Assembly (NCBI GenBank): GCA_048884785.1 | Contig: JBHLQM010000015.1 | Span: forward strand, 1 to 49,440 | Length of the DNA: 49,440 nucleotides | Origin: Candidatus Thorarchaeota archaeon | GTDB lineage: Archaea > Asgardarchaeota > Thorarchaeia > Thorarchaeales > Thorarchaeaceae | Direction: 5' to 3' | Shown here: positions 48,680-49,440 of the stretch, in pieces | How positions within the stretch are numbered: the stretch's first letter is position 1 | Layout: each line of letters opens with the position of its first letter | Made by a program: the position numbers and the translations under genes | The notes under the pieces: generated by a model | Databases searched by the model: none | The model's input: only the letters and a program-made list of their open reading frames with translations | What the model was told of the DNA's origin: nothing

Positions 48680-49440
48680 ATGGAATTCGGGATACAGATT
48701 GAACCACAGTTTGGTTTCACACATGAGGAAGTGGTTGCAATCGCGGAAACATGTGTGAAGAATGGCTTCTCTACAGTTTGGTTCTCTGATCACTTTATGC
48801 TGGATGGTGCATCTACGGATAGGTCTCTACTTGATCCTTGGTTGCTAATGACATTGCTAGTCAGTAATAATCCAAATGTTCGTGTTGGAAGTCTAGTATT
48901 CTGCAACAACTATCGCCATCCTCCTATTCATGCGAAAATGGCAGCTAGTCTTGATGTGATATCAGGGGGAAGACTCGAGTTTGGTATTGGCGCAGGCTGG
49001 AAGGAAATGGAATACGAATCGTATGGTATTGTCTTTCCGGATTCGCTAACCCGAATTTCTCAACTTTCGGAAGCCGTGCAAATCATTCGGGGAATATGGA
49101 CAAACGAGAAGTTCTCCTTCTCGGGCAAACACTACACAGTTCGAGATTTGATATCGTTTCCCAAGCCCGTGCAAAATCCTCATCCAACTATTTGGATTGG
49201 CACAATGTATGGCCGAAAGAGGATGGTTGAGCTCGCTGCAAAGTATGGTGATGGCATTAATGTAGCTTGGGCCTTCACTGCTAATGATTGCAGGAGGATT
49301 TTCGAGCGGCTGGACAGCATCGCGGAGAAGTATAAGAGAACCAAACCAATCAAGAAGTCTGTTGGCTTTTGGACACACTGCTTTGAGTCAAAAGATGAGA
49401 TGGAACAAGCCATTGCTGATGGTGCAAAAAGGCGGAATAT
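48680..49440 (+). CDS. LLM-class (probably F420-dependent) oxidoreductase, truncated by the window end; absent from the ORF track
   Basis: MEFGIQIEPQFG...WFSDHF...YRHP...LDVISGGRLEFGIGAGW...PKPVQNPHPTIWIG. Confidence 0.9.
   Translation, partial: MEFGIQIEPQFGFTHEEVVAIAETCVKNGFSTVWFSDHFMLDGASTDRSLLDPWLLMTLLVSNNPNVRVGSLVFCNNYRHPPIHAKMAASLDVISGGRLEFGIGAGWKEMEYESYGIVFPDSLTRISQLSEAVQIIRGIWTNEKFSFSGKHYTVRDLISFPKPVQNPHPTIWIGTMYGRKRMVELAAKYGDGINVAWAFTANDCRRIFERLDSIAEKYKRTKPIKKSVGFWTHCFESKDEMEQAIADGAKRRN

Overview
Archaeal chromosomal window, probably an Asgard archaeon of the Thorarchaeia type. This is an inference from the C-terminally anchored surface proteins, circularly permuted family-5 solute-binding protein, Hdr cluster, EMC3/TMCO1 protein, PIP-box DinB, arrestin-fold proteins and GGTG/GGAGG Shine-Dalgarno sites; no search was run. 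About 40 CDSs; I saw no rRNA, tRNA, CRISPR array, transposase or integrase. Most notable: (1) three tandem two-domain arrestin-fold genes (32550-35167), all ending in a D-hydrophobic-x-F tail resembling the beta-arrestin DDDIVFE strand, with the middle gene apparently starting at ATC; (2) two paralogous PAS-PAS-histidine kinases fused to a C-terminal CxxC thioredoxin/glutaredoxin-like domain, one with Ser in place of the phospho-His, each upstream of oxidoreductase genes and with no response regulator in the window; (3) an hdrCB-hdrA-hdrA cluster whose HdrA modules are split complementarily over two genes, without mvhD; (4) a ~4 kb integrase-less islet bounded by a displaced copy of the eutA 3' end, holding two copies of a 102-bp hairpin element and a 75-bp tandem duplication; (5) a 56-aa zinc-ribbon gene missing from the ORF track.
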